Origin: Chiloscyllium plagiosum
Lineage: Eukaryota
Assembly (NCBI RefSeq): GCF_004010195.1
Contig: NC_057718.1
Coordinates: 36,130,501 to 36,194,500 of the forward strand
Length of the DNA stretch: 64,000 bases
Direction of reading: 5' to 3'
The notes below the pieces were generated by a model. That model ran no database searches. It was not told where the DNA came from and saw nothing but the letters and a program-made list of their open reading frames with translations. Position numbers and translations under genes: made by a program. Shown here one piece after another: positions 14,080-25,719 of the stretch. Position 1 is the first letter of the stretch; each line of letters begins with the position of its first letter.

Positions 14080-14720
14080 CAGAATACCACAATGATGGCC
14101 TATACTGAAAGACCCCACTGGAATAGCCCAGGCATCAAAACATTCCCTTAAAGAGGCCTACGGTCTCCCCACTGTGGCTGTCTTGTCATTACTGAGGGTT
14201 TCTTAAAAGGTATCTTGAGCCCTTAGCTCCCATCAGCCATCTCTGTATATGCTGAGATCCCAGGAAGGAGGCAGTTCCCAGAGTGTAGGAGTGATGGCAG
14301 AGTCCAGGATACCTCACACAGACCTTCTACACTTGGCATCAATGGTCTCATACAATTTGAACATTTGTGGAGAGAAAGGCTTTTCTGTTTAGAGCACTGC
14401 ATGTTTGTGGTCATGTGGGTGTAGGTGATAGCACCCTGTACCAGGAGAAAAGAGGAGGACACCAATGCCTGGGATGTTTGACCCTTGTTGTCACAGAAGG
14501 AGGATAAGAAGAGGTCTGTTCTGGAGCAAAAGAGATCAATAACATGCCAGGAAGCATTTGTGTGTCAACAGCTGGGAGGTGCCACCCCTCCCCCAGTACT
14601 GTCTTGTAATCAGCCCCTAGCATAAACCTTAGGCCAGCAATGACTTTGATGGCCATTGAGATGAGATTGCCACCAGGCCCTTCGATTTCACATTCACCTC
14701 CAGCAGGGCTCAAAGTTCAG
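14080..14720 (-). pseudogene. Harbinger (HARBI1-like DDE) transposase relic
   Basis: Ordered degenerate motifs GPGGNLISMAIKVIAGLRF, LVQGAITYTH (cf. VQGAIDCTH), NRKAFLSTNVQIV (cf. NRKGFHSLNVQ), YPGLCHHS, WLMGAKG (cf. WLLGDKG), ETVGLFKGMF. Confidence 0.85.
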
Positions 14721-15762
14721 TAATGATGGGGCAGGACAACCTTAATCAACTCTTGCAATGGTTTCTAGACAGTTGTGGAAACCGGCAGCAGGCCTGTAGA
14801 TTCCGGACCTTGTCATTCAGCTGTTGCTTCCCACTCTGAATGCTGTGCGCTAGCTGCTGGAGGTTGCATTTCTTGTGGGCTTATTGATGGTATTGTAATC
14901 ACCGTTTCTTTCTGCATGATCATTGCTGAATCAACGAGGCCCCAATGACTCCACTGATGGTGTTTTCTGTTTGAGGTCCGTGAGCAGATAATCTGTGGGT
15001 AATATTAGAAAGATAATGCAATTTTACTAAAGCAACTCCTGAGCCCTCAGATCCGTTATAGTGGAGCCTCGTGTTTTGCTGTTGCTTGGTGTGATATGGG
15101 GGCTCTATAAGAGATCAATGTCATGCGTCAATAAGGAGCTTTTTCAAATTGTATGCAAATGAAGGATTTTGCCAGTAAGCCACCATGCAAACTCATCCCC
15201 AAACCTTGCCAGGGAAAAGGCTCCCTTCCACACCACATGTCTCGCCCTGGCACACTTACAGTTCAGAATCTGGCAGCTGCAAGCTGTTTTCTTCCAAAAC
15301 TTGCTATGGAAAGTGGGTGGGAGTTGGGAACTTCAGATTCCATTTTTAAGTACCTTGTTCTCATGAAACTTGTTAGCTCACAGGACAAGGAGGCATTTGG
15401 CGTGGACATGTAATGCTCATGCCTGCTTGAGGCCTTAATATTTAATCTGCATTCTTGGAGAACAACTAACCTGCTGAAAGATTACAAATTGAAAGCAGAT
15501 GAGTAGCGTTACTCAATCATTGGAGGAGTACTGCAATTGCCTCCAGTAAGGGCTCAAAATCAAAGTTTTTTTCACTCTATACCCAGAAAATGTAAAGTAA
15601 GGTGAGTAAATTGTCAATCCAACTTTAAGACTCTATAACTGTATGAGTCTAAGACAATCTTTTTTTCTTTCTCTCTGATTCTTATGACTGGATACTATTG
15701 CATACTTATCTCATACTTTAATGAAAGGCATCCAATGTTATTACTGGGATGAGACAATCTGC

Positions 15763-16004
15763 TTGAAAAGTGTGGCACTGGAAAAGCACAGCAGGTCAGG
15801 CAGCATCCGAGGAGCAAGAGAGTCAATGATTCGGGCTTAAGCCTTTCATCAGGAACTCATGATCAGGAATTCATTCCTAATGAAGGGCTTATGCCCGAAA
15901 CGTTGACTCTCCTGCTCCTCGGATGCTGCCTGACCTGCTGTGCTTTTCCAGCGCCACACTTTTTGACTCTGACTCTCCAGCATCTGCAGTTCTCACATTC
16001 TCTC
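15763..16004. mobile_element. PLE family A inverted (fold-back) insertion
   Basis: Antisense arm 15763-15856, sense arm 15873-16004 with tail; near-TSD acaatctgct/acaatttgct; hammerhead boxes in both arms are mutated. Confidence 0.88.
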
Positions 16005-16019
16005 TGTCCACAATTTGCT

Positions 16020-16940
16020 GACTAGATTCACTGATTTTCTAAAATTTACTGCTTTATCTTTTTTACCATTTCATGTTTCATTTGTGCCTAGTTTGTTTGT
16101 TCAGCATCCCAGGTAGCTCACTGAACATGACATCAACAATTATAAAATAGCTTACTCCAGTTATATTGCATTTCTCTTTAGTAATCCCAATGTGCTTTCA
16201 TCATCAAACCTAAAGCAAGTTGTACTTTTAAGTTCCTTAATCATTTGACAACTCTCTACTTAGTAATCAAGGTAACATTTTCGCCAATCTGTTCCAAACA
16301 TTTTTAAATTGCAAACACAATCTGTTCTCATTGTTAAAGGAATCATAGACTGATACTGGACTAACACTATTTTTGATCTGTTTGGTTTCTTTCAAATTTA
16401 TCATTATCTTCACCTCCAACCTCAAGTCTCTTTGTTACGTGTGATTTAAAAAAATGCTACCTCTCTATTTTGAGCAATTCATTGCAGAAGCAATACTTCA
16501 AGTCATCTCTTCACTGTTCTGAGGGCATTCTGGGCTTTCATTCATCCATTAGTGCTGTTCTGATTTTGTTTTCTGTTGTAATAGACAGATCTCTTAAAGG
16601 TTATTTCAACACCATTCAGCTTTTGATAATTCCTTTGTATTGACACCTTAAACCAGTGTCTTAATCATTTCAAAATCTGGCAATCATTGAGGACTCTTTG
16701 TATTACCACAGAATGTTTAATTTCTTCTTCGAAGGCTGGAGAAATTACTTTTCCCAAGGAAAATTTTCAAAGCTACAAAAATCTATCCAGCAAGTTCTTC
16801 ACCTTTAAGATCTGAATGTGAACCCATGGCTGAGAAAGACACCTTAGTGCAACTTAAATGCTAGCATTGATCCAGAGATGACTAACTTGAATTTGTCGAT
16901 CTTTTGTGGTATTTTTTAAAGTGCATAATAATTTCTTCCA
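16020..16940 (-). pseudogene. Ty1/Copia-like gag-protease relic
   Basis: Degenerate minus-strand motifs MLAFKL, FGTDWRKCYLD, STTCFRFDD, IVDVMFSELPGML, DKAVNFRKSVNL. Confidence 0.55.
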
Positions 16941-17121
16941 ACTTGTTACAACACAGAGACAGCTAGCAAACCAAATCTACCTTTCCATATTTGCAACATA
17001 GTAAAATTAAAACCTTCAAAGACCTCAAAATTGATCCCAATGGATCCTAACCAGACTTTTGAATAACCAATCCTGGAGTTCGTGAATAAACAATTCTAGA
17101 TATTGGCTGGTAATTTTAAAA

Positions 17122-17538
17122 GGAGAAAGTGAGGACTGCAGATGCTGGAGATCAGAGCTGAAAATGTGTTGCTGGAAAAACGCAGGTCAGGCAGCATCCA
17201 AGCAGCAGGAGAATTGACATTTCGGGCATGAGCCCTTCTTCAGGAATGAGGAGAGTGTGCCAAGCAGGCTAAGATAAAAGGTAGGGAGGAGGGACTTGGG
17301 GGAGGGGCGTTGGAAATGCGATAGGTGGAAGGAGGTTAAGGTGAGGGTGATAGGCCGGAGTGGGGGTGGGGGCGGAGAGGTTAGGAAGAAGATTGCAGGT
17401 CAGGAAGGTGGTGCTGAGTTCGAGGGTTTTGACTGAGACAAGGTGGGGGGAGGGGAAATGAGGAAACTGGAGAAATCGGACTTCATCCCTTGTGGTTGGA
17501 GGGTTCCTAGGCAGAAGATGAGGCGCTCTTCCGCCTTT
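17122..17538 (-). mobile_element. Penelope-like element family A 3' end with GIY-YIG C-terminus, 11-bp TSD
   Basis: Minus strand encodes EERLIFCLGTLQPQGMKSDFSSF; TSD taattttaaaa at 17111-17121 and 17539-17549. Confidence 0.9.
17213..17246 (-). ncRNA. Minimal hammerhead ribozyme motif (PLE family A)
   Basis: CUGAAGA-A-GGGC(UCAU)GCCC-GAAA-UGUC; other copies give GAAACGUC. Confidence 0.65.
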
Positions 17539-18399
17539 TAATTTTAAAAAGAGACTTAGCCATTTATTAACATTACAGTAACTTCAGCAGAGTAAAGTTA
17601 AACAAAGTAATTTAATTGGTCTTTGTTATAAACCCATATGGACAAAAAAAAGAAAATAACAAGATTCAGCAGATTACTTAAATGCTTTTCATGATGCATT
17701 GTTCCACAGACATAGATGATGGTTTTTTGGTTGATTTTCTCAAGGTGTTGATCAGGGTCACCTTTACAGTTCACTCAGATAAAGGCAGTAATAAATATAA
17801 TTTAGTTTCCTATTATCTGAGCTACCAAACTCTCGGCCCACCCTGAGAGACTGATCTTCTCCTCTGGGAGAGTCCAGTTACTGGTTCAACATTTATTTGA
17901 GCATTTCCTTCAGCATATGGTAGTTTCCAGATTTGTTGAAACCATTTCCCAAGTACCAACCTCATTAATAACCAACCTCTCACCTTGGTGTCTCATCTCC
18001 TAAACAGTGTTACAGATTTACCCTATATATTCGTGCTATGACAATTAATAGCCACTACCCATTTCTTTGTAACGTTAAATAAAGACAGTCACAAACTCAA
18101 CAACGTGATTAACTGGCACTAACAAATTCCACTTTTTTCTTTAATTTCAATCTTTTGGTAACAATCTTTCCAAAACTAATCAAATAAATAAAAGATGCTT
18201 TTTTAAATCTTCTGTCATACATAACAATATAACCAACCAATAACAGATTCCATTTTCTTGTTCCTATTTCAAAAAGAATCAACTTGTAGAAATAATAATT
18301 AAGGAATTAAAGAAACAAATCATCATCCATTTGCTTATAACACAATATTCCAGGTTTTTGTCATAATACAGAACATCCATCTTTGAGGACATCTAACAA

Positions 18400-18880
18400 T
18401 GTCTTAGGCCAAGCAGATCTCTGTGTAAAACAGTCTGACAACTTGGGACTTGATTCCAACTCTTTTTATTTTGTAAAACTCTTTTCTTTCTAACATTTCC
18501 TTCACAAAGCAAGATTAAGTCTCACCCTTCTCTCTGTGACATCCTTTGTCAAAGAAATATTGCTCCAGAGGAGTCAATAAGCACATAACATTCTATAGGG
18601 TTTTTTTCACCAAAACACCCCTTATATAAAGTTTTATTCACAATTTTAGACAAGTACACCATTCCTGCATATTTCTTCGACCAAAGCTAGTGTTTCAGCT
18701 ACTAAGGTACTTTTAACGATTCTTTCTATTTCCTTATCTTCCCAGGCCAATTGATAAAATTGATGATTCTTTCGAAGAAAGAACATGATTAATCCTGTGA
18801 AGAGATGTTGTTGGTTTGACATTAGAGGGCATCCAATGGTGTGTAGAAATTGGAGGATGTCAACTTGAGTGTTGTGACCC
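18400..18880 (-). pseudogene. Ty1/Copia-like RNase H relic
   Basis: LAWEDKEIERIVKSTLVAETLAL (cf. W.SKKIKRVVKSTLAAETL), then KEMLERKE and SDCFTQR. Confidence 0.75.
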
Positions 18881-20049
18881 AATAAGCACAGGGGACACCT
18901 ATTGAAGATATTTTGCCTTTTTAGCTTTTACACAAGCGGTGAACCCTGCTCAACTGGTCATCCACCAAACAGATACATGTCATTCAGGCAGAGATGGAAT
19001 GAAGTCAGTAACTGGTCATTAATTGACCTCTTGGGTCCTCTATATGCCCAAGGGTGGGAGATTGGCTGATGCCTTATTTGCACCCCTGTAATATGAGGAA
19101 AGACTTGGCAGCATAGGTAAGAGCAGAGGGTTGGTCACCTGCTTTATTTTACATGTCACCCTCCACCCCACCTTCAAACACACTGAAATCACCCTGAAAA
19201 AGCTAATTGACAAACGTTTCAGTTGAAGCTATACAACTTTTTCTGCTCTTCCAGTGTCATGACTTATGAGCATTTGCAAATTCCAGAACTTGCAGGTTTC
19301 CATGACTACCTAAAATGAATTTTGCAAAACATTATTAAATGTGTAAATATGTATGTATTGCTTCTTTAACTGCAAGAAAGAAAATGTCCTCTGAAATGAT
19401 TGCAATCAATGCCAAGCTGTTCAAAATATACAGATGTTTGCTTCAGTAAAGTGGAAGTGGAATTGCAAGAGTAATTGATGAATATACAAAGACTGACAGT
19501 CAATTCTACACCAAGTACTAAAAATGGATTAAGTTAAGCAACAATCCACAGCTTCGCACTAACTTAGAGGGGAATCATCACCTTTTGCTGTGGATCAATC
19601 AATTCTAAAAAGAACAAATATCATTGAGACCAAACTATGAATGAGTCAGATCACATCTGTTCACGATACCAAAAAATGCAGTTTATGAAGTAAACTGAAG
19701 ATTATTCCTGTTGTAAACACATTTTGAATTTCTAAATGCACTTAATTCTGTCAATGGAAGAGAAACTCACTTCTGTTAGCGAAATACTTTTTTAAGAAGA
19801 GGTTTGATGTGCATCTGCAATATACATGAACCTGGCGGGTGACTCTTTTCCCTAAACTTCCCCAGAGCTAGATATACCATTCACCAGCAGAAGGTGGTAC
19901 ATGAAAATATCCTGGGCGAGTTAATTAGTAAATGAATAGCTATTAAGTGTTGGTGTAAGTAGTGATGTGGTTTGCAAGAAAAATAACAACAACTCAATGT
20001 CGTTAACTTAATAAAAACACCCCAAGCTACTTACAAGTGATTGTTAAAT

Positions 20050-20187
20050 AAACTACAAACAGAAAAGTGCTGGAAACACAGCTTCTGTAGTAAGACAAAC
20101 TGTCTTCCTCTCCAAAGACACTGTCAGATTTGTGGAGTATTTTGTTTTCATTTCAGAGTTCCAGCATCTGCAGTATTCTGCTTTTGG
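20050..20187. mobile_element. Old PLE-type terminal remnant (third family), partly inverted
   Basis: acagaaaagtgctggaaa...ttccagcatctgcagtattctgctttt shares the ccagcatctgcagt tail with family A. Confidence 0.5.
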
Positions 20188-20544
20188 AAAGTTTGCCATC
20201 AACCTTAAAGAGATATTATGCTGAATCTTATGTATTTTTTGACTAAACTTGAATTGTTTCGAGTTTTCTGGAGGGATTTCTGCCACAAGGTATTGCAACG
20301 TTTCTTGCTGTTGTCTTACTAATGCCCCAATCACTACCTATCCAAGGATTGTGGCGATTCTTGTCTGATTCCATTTTCCATTCCCATCATGCCATGCACC
20401 ATTCCGAGACCACCTCCTGATTTCCTAGAATTCACTGCCACCCTTGAACCTGCACCATATTGAAAAGCCCGTTGTGCACGCAGACAATTTGTTGGTCTCG
20501 AGTTGCCCTGAATGGTTTCTGACATTTGTCGTAGCGTGGCAGAT

Positions 20545-20735
20545 ACCCTACAGTCACCGTCCTAGAGGTGCTGCTCGAGAGGTTGGTGCAGACACTGGGC
20601 TTCCTCTTCTCCCAGGACCAGCAGTGGAGGCCTTGGCACCAGACTGTTCCTGCCTGCTGTGAGGTTGCATCCCAGGTTAAAGCAGTCTTGGCCATGTGGA
20701 GAACTAACCAGGATGTGTAGGAAGAAAGTTAATCA
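20545..20735 (+). pseudogene. Harbinger Myb/SANT relic 2
   Basis: LEVLLERLVQTLGFLFSQDQQWRP...CEVASQVKA...WRTNQ, frameshift, CRKKVN. Confidence 0.7.
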
Positions 20736-21079
20736 TCCAGCCTAAGTGCTCCATTCACTGTCACTCAACCCAACCATCAACATCACTAACCATGCACGCC
20801 CTCTGTGCTGCCTAATCGCTCACTCACTCAGGACACCTCCGTGCCTGCATTAAAAGTAATGGCAACTCACTGCTGTCAAATGAGACACTCACTTTGCTGC
20901 TTGTCAAAAGCAGAAAATGTGGAGAGAAATGCTCCCCAAATCAGCCTCACTAGACTTTTTGTTCAATTGTGCCACTCTGTTCACCACAGCCCACATGGCT
21001 CAGATCTCTGTCAGATTGCACTCAATGGATATGATGTTTGGAAAGGATTAGGTTTTAAGATTGATTAAAGAAAGGGGGG

Positions 21080-21415
21080 GAGGGGGAAGAGAGAGGCACA
21101 AAGATAGTTTTCAGAAGGGATTCCAGAGCTTCGGCCACAGGCAGCTGAAAACCTGTCCGTGGCGGTGAGGGTAAAATCTAGGATCTTTAAGAAACCAAGC
21201 CTGAGAGAGTACAGTGGTATTGGAAGTCTGTAGGGCTGCAGGACTAGAGAGGGACTAAACTATGAAGGGATTTGAAAATGAGAATATGAAGTTTTAAACC
21301 AAGGTACTTCTGGACTGGGAACGAATGCAGGTCAGTAAGCACAGTGTGAAGGAGAAGAGGGTTGTGTATGAGCAAGGATATAGACAACTGAGCTTTGGAT
21401 GTTCGTTTACAGAGG
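21080..21415 (-). mobile_element. L2-like LINE 3' fragment
   Basis: Reverse complement resembles 53566-53780. Confidence 0.55.
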
Positions 21416-21599
21416 GCTCAAGTTGTAAGCAGCTTAACTCCAGAAAATTACAGTATCGGTGTAACTTTTTAAAGGCATTCGTCAGATTCCAATTTTGGAA
21501 CCTTTCACATTCAGTTCTGTTTAAATTTCTCCATGGTGTCAATAGTCCATGTTGGCAATGCAAGTAGCACCAGACAGGACAAGTAGCCAGAAGAGGCGT

Positions 21600-21815
21600 G
21601 GGGAAAATCAGTGACTTCCTTGAAGAGGGACCTTACTGCCTCCTTGAACAAAGTACAAGGAAAATAGTCACAATCTTCAGTGGCAGTGCTCCTTCATGCC
21701 TGGCCAGTCAATGACTCCATTTAGATGGTACTAGTGCTCTTAACTAACTCTCTCATGGCCAGAACAGCAGAGGGATTCAGGCCAAAATTGCAATGACCTC
21801 ACCAGGGATGGCAAG
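21600..21815 (+). pseudogene. Harbinger Myb/SANT relic 3
   Basis: ARTAEGFRPK, frameshift, CNDLTRDGK, followed by donor gtaaag. Confidence 0.45.
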
Positions 21816-22799
21816 GTAAAGTTTTCACTGGAAGTTGCCTTACTAATTTTCCATCCTGAACATGACCATTCCCTTCACTGTATTAAAGCAGTACTCATGA
21901 TACTAGCACTTCATGCTGCAGTGCATCATCTAACTCCTTGTCTTTACTGGAACTGCAGGCATTCATCCTAAAAAAAAAGCATTTTTTCAACTCCCAAGAT
22001 AGCTTCCTTTCAGCTAATGTTCACAGCCATCGCGTCAGTTCTCCCATCACACTCAATGCACATTCGCAACTTCCAGACTATGTGTTATTTACTTATACTA
22101 GGATGAAGCCTGAATGCAAAGCAGTGACAGGTCACTGATAGAGGTACCCTTACACTCGGACCTTCGTTCAAATGGTAAGCAGGTTGTCCTCTTCATAGGG
22201 ATGCATGTCAGTGCAGCTGTCACAGAGATAGCAGCATCATTCTGACAGGCCAGTGTCCAACTTAAAGGGATTTTGACAGTTGATAGTAAGGAAGACCTGG
22301 AATAGCAGCTGTGAGGCAATATTACACTCAAGAGGGATGTATCTGTTATGAAAGAGTAGTGCATTGTATAATTTGGGCGAAATTGTTCCTTTGTAAATGA
22401 ACAAAATTCTTGTTTGAAATATACAGTACAGTTGTCTGATATTTTGCTCTATCAGGAATGTGAGCACTCAGTTGATGTGATATTGTTTACTCACCAAAGT
22501 GAACAACTTCTTGACAAAGTCAAGTTGGATTAAAGAGGTTTGCTGCGATCTGTAGTTGAGTGAGTCAAAGAAGGTAAGACTGACGTGCTGCTGCAGTGGT
22601 CAATCAGTCAATGCAGACATCCTGTTGAACTTGCTTTCTGAAGCCCTTTCCATGTTCAGTGAGGACACATCTTAGTTTGCATGATAGATGAAGAGGATAG
22701 TTACAGAATGATGCTCCTGTCTATTCACATACATAAGTGGCTGCTTGATTGGAGCTTTTGGTGCCTTATGTATATGACAGAAATCACAGTATGAAGATG

Positions 22800-23280
22800 A
22801 AGAGGATGTGTTGGCATCGTGGTACTGTTGCTAGACTGTTAATGCAGAGACCCAGGCGGGGTTGAACTTGCAATAAAATCACATATAGGACATTGGACAT
22901 GAAGGGACCTCAATAAGATGAATAATCATCTATTTCTCACGCTGATGAGTAAAGGGAATGAGGGATTACATCTATGTTCTCAGGGGTACCCCAGTTTGCA
23001 TCTCACTATTGCAGATGATCGAATTTCAATTCAGTAAAAAATACCTGGAATTAAGATTTTAAGATGATCATGAAACTGCTTTTGGTTGTCAGGAATAAAA
23101 GAAAACCCATCTGATTCACTCATGAACTTTACTGAAGTAAACTGCTGTTACTTGATCTGGCTTACATGAGACTCCAGACTCACAGCAATGTGGTTGACTT
23201 TTAACTGCCCTTCGGGTAATTAGGGATGGGCGATAAATGATGGCCTACATGGTGACACACACATCCCATTAATGAATTTG
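22800..23280 (+). mobile_element. tRNA-derived SINE (non-HE1), head interrupted by a 120-bp insertion
   Basis: A-box-like tggcatcgtggt; tail taattagggatgggcgataaat...cacatcccattaatgaat, also seen at about 53924-53965. Confidence 0.7.
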
Positions 23281-24132
23281 AGGAAAGAGCAGCAGTGATT
23301 AAAAACTGTGAAACAAAATATTAAAAGAAAATCCTCAGAAGTTTGCAATCAGTGAATGAAGTTAGTTCCCAGTTTAAATCCTTGCTTGTATTGGTCTAAA
23401 GTAAGGAGTGTCAGATTAGATTTTGGGGATGTAAAATTTTCCTCATTGTAAGCAAGATGTAAACTTTCATATTCTTAATGATGATGATGATGGAGTAGTG
23501 AAATGATATAAAGGTTTACATAATGATAATACTGCTTAAAATAGTTGAGACGCTTGCTCAGGCAAATGCAATTTTTGGTAAAAACTTGATAAAATGACTT
23601 GATGATTTTGTTCATTGCTCACTTTTTAAACAATGGAGTAAAGTAACACCAAGGATCCATCACAATAACCAAACATGCTGGTCTATTTGGGAATAACAAT
23701 TTGAGAGAGACTGTGGGGTTTGTCTTTTTAACTTCGCTTCTTGTTTTTTTGACCTATGGTTATACTGTGTAAAGCTGGAATGTCACTTTTTTGCTTTATT
23801 TCTCTATTCTGTAACTAAGGCTTGTGCCCAGGTACCTTTGTCCCTAAGTGCTGTAAGTGGAGCTTATAAGCTTTTCACTGTACTCATTTGAGTCCATGTG
23901 ACAATAAGGCTAATTCAATTCAATTTAGTTCAATTCAATTCAACTTTTAACTGCATCAGCAAATGATTAACTCTAGTTATTAACATAGACTTCTTAATAC
24001 CAAAATCCAAAATTGAACTTGCAGTAAAATCATATATAGGACATTGAACATGAAATGACCTCAGTAAGATGAATAATCATCTATTTCTCATGCTGATGAG
24101 TAAAGGGAATGAGGGATTACGTCTATGTTCTC
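22862..24132 (+). repeat. Dispersed direct repeat, 120 bp, copies at 22862-22981 and 24013-24132
   Basis: 8 mismatches in 120 bp, no indels. Confidence 0.95.
23760..23945 (+). mobile_element. LINE 3' tail, Rex1/Babar-like
   Basis: cttttcactgtactc...catgtgacaataa plus (AATTC)n; resembles the end of 41150-43296. Confidence 0.55.
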
Positions 24133-25497
24133 TGGCAGTTTGAGGAATCTTTTGATGCCGTTCACTGAGATTGGATCTCGACATTTCGCTTTGTGAATAT
24201 GTTATTAAAACATTGCACCTCAGAATCTGAGCTATATCCATTGGAAGATAAAACTCTCAACACAATAGCCGCACTGGAGGTGGGTGGGAAATTAAAGTCA
24301 TATCAAACAGTTCTGCAATAAAATGCCGCAAGAGGAGTTGAAATTTGAATGGAAAGATTAATTTGTGTTTGGAAGGAGTACTGAGTCTTTTATTAGCTGT
24401 CAACCCAACGAAAGGCCACATGATAATTGAAATAAGACTGCACAGCTATATTAATGTAGGAACATTGTTGAAATGAACACAAATAAAGGCTTTTGTCTGT
24501 ACCCGCTTTTCACATCTGTTAGAATGCGCTGAATCCTTCAAGATATCAGACACCAAATAGATTAAAAATATGAAAGCAGGGAACCACAAATTAATGTTTT
24601 AAAAATGAAGCAGTCAGACAAGGAAGAAAGTGGGCATGTTATCAGAAAATCATCAATCAATATTAATTTCAATTTGAAAGCAATGTTGATTAATTTGCTA
24701 ACAACATTTTCTGAAACGATTTACTGAGTAGGCCTCACATTATTTGTTTGAAGGATGCGAATGGACCTTAGCGAATGGGATCATCTATTGTGGATTATTC
24801 AGCCCTTGAAAGTTTTTGATCTTGCTAGCTTTCCAAAACATTTTTTTGTTTTGTTTTTATACCTGAAATATATATTTTCACCTCATTTCAGAATCTCAGG
24901 CCATCCACATCCCACATGGCTAGCTCTCTTCCAAAGCACTGCAGATTTTAATAAATACTAATTTCTAGGCTGAGCTAACTGTTTGTCAGTAGTGTAATTT
25001 TCCATTAAAGGATCAGAAGTGTTTAAATTATTTCCAGTTCCAGTGAACATCTCAAGCAAGTTCCCCTTTATTGATTCTGCTGTGGCACTTAATTTATTGC
25101 TTTCAATCCTTGGTGCATGCAATCACGTGTCAAGTCATAGGAAGCAAGAATGAAAATCTGAAACTACTCAGCAGATTTGGCAGCATCTGGGGAACGAAGT
25201 ACAGAGTTAGTATCCTGAACCTTCCAGTCAGGGGGCTAATCAGGACTGGCCCACAAGGTCATCAGGTAAAGGTATAGTCAGGTGGAATCGGAGGTTTGAA
25301 GGCTGGTGATGTGGTAATTCAGTCTGGTTTGGGGTATAGTTGGGTGCTTGGGAATAATCAGCTCTGGTTGAAGTGTAGTTTGAAATGGGGTGATAACTGG
25401 GTCTGCTGGGGCATGGTATTTGTGTGGTGGTGTCTGATTGTGAAGGAGTGGGATCCAGTTGGGTGAGTTTATGAGTCATTTGGGTAAGGAGGGGTGT

Positions 25498-25690
25498 TGA
25501 AAATGTGTTGCTGGAAAAGCGCAGCAGGTCAGGCAGCATCCAAGGAACAGGAGAATCGACGTTTCGGGCATAAGCTTATGCCCGAAACGTCGATTCTCCT
25601 GTTCCTTGGATGCTGCCTGACCTGCTGCGCTTTTCCAGCAACACATTTTCAGCTCTGATCTCCAGCATCTGCAGTCCTCACTTTCTCTCC
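25498..25690. mobile_element. PLE family A fold-back insertion: perfect 154-bp palindrome plus 39-bp tail, 13-15-bp TSD
   Basis: 25498-25574 is the exact reverse complement of 25575-25651; taaggaggggtgttg at 25485-25499 and 25691-25705. Confidence 0.95.
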
Positions 25691-25719
25691 TAAGGAGGGG
25701 TGTTGTTGGGTCTTCACAG

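Larger units (their letters stand above)
10731..15434. mobile_element. Decayed PIF/Harbinger DNA transposon with convergent Myb/SANT (+) and transposase (-) genes; ends uncertain
   Basis: See the two pseudogene entries; putative ends ggcctgaat...cttgaggcc|tta are only weakly inverted. Confidence 0.75.

Noticed and set aside
22942..22975. Hammerhead at ctgatgag (also near 24093)
   Set aside because: No stem II and no downstream GAAA box.
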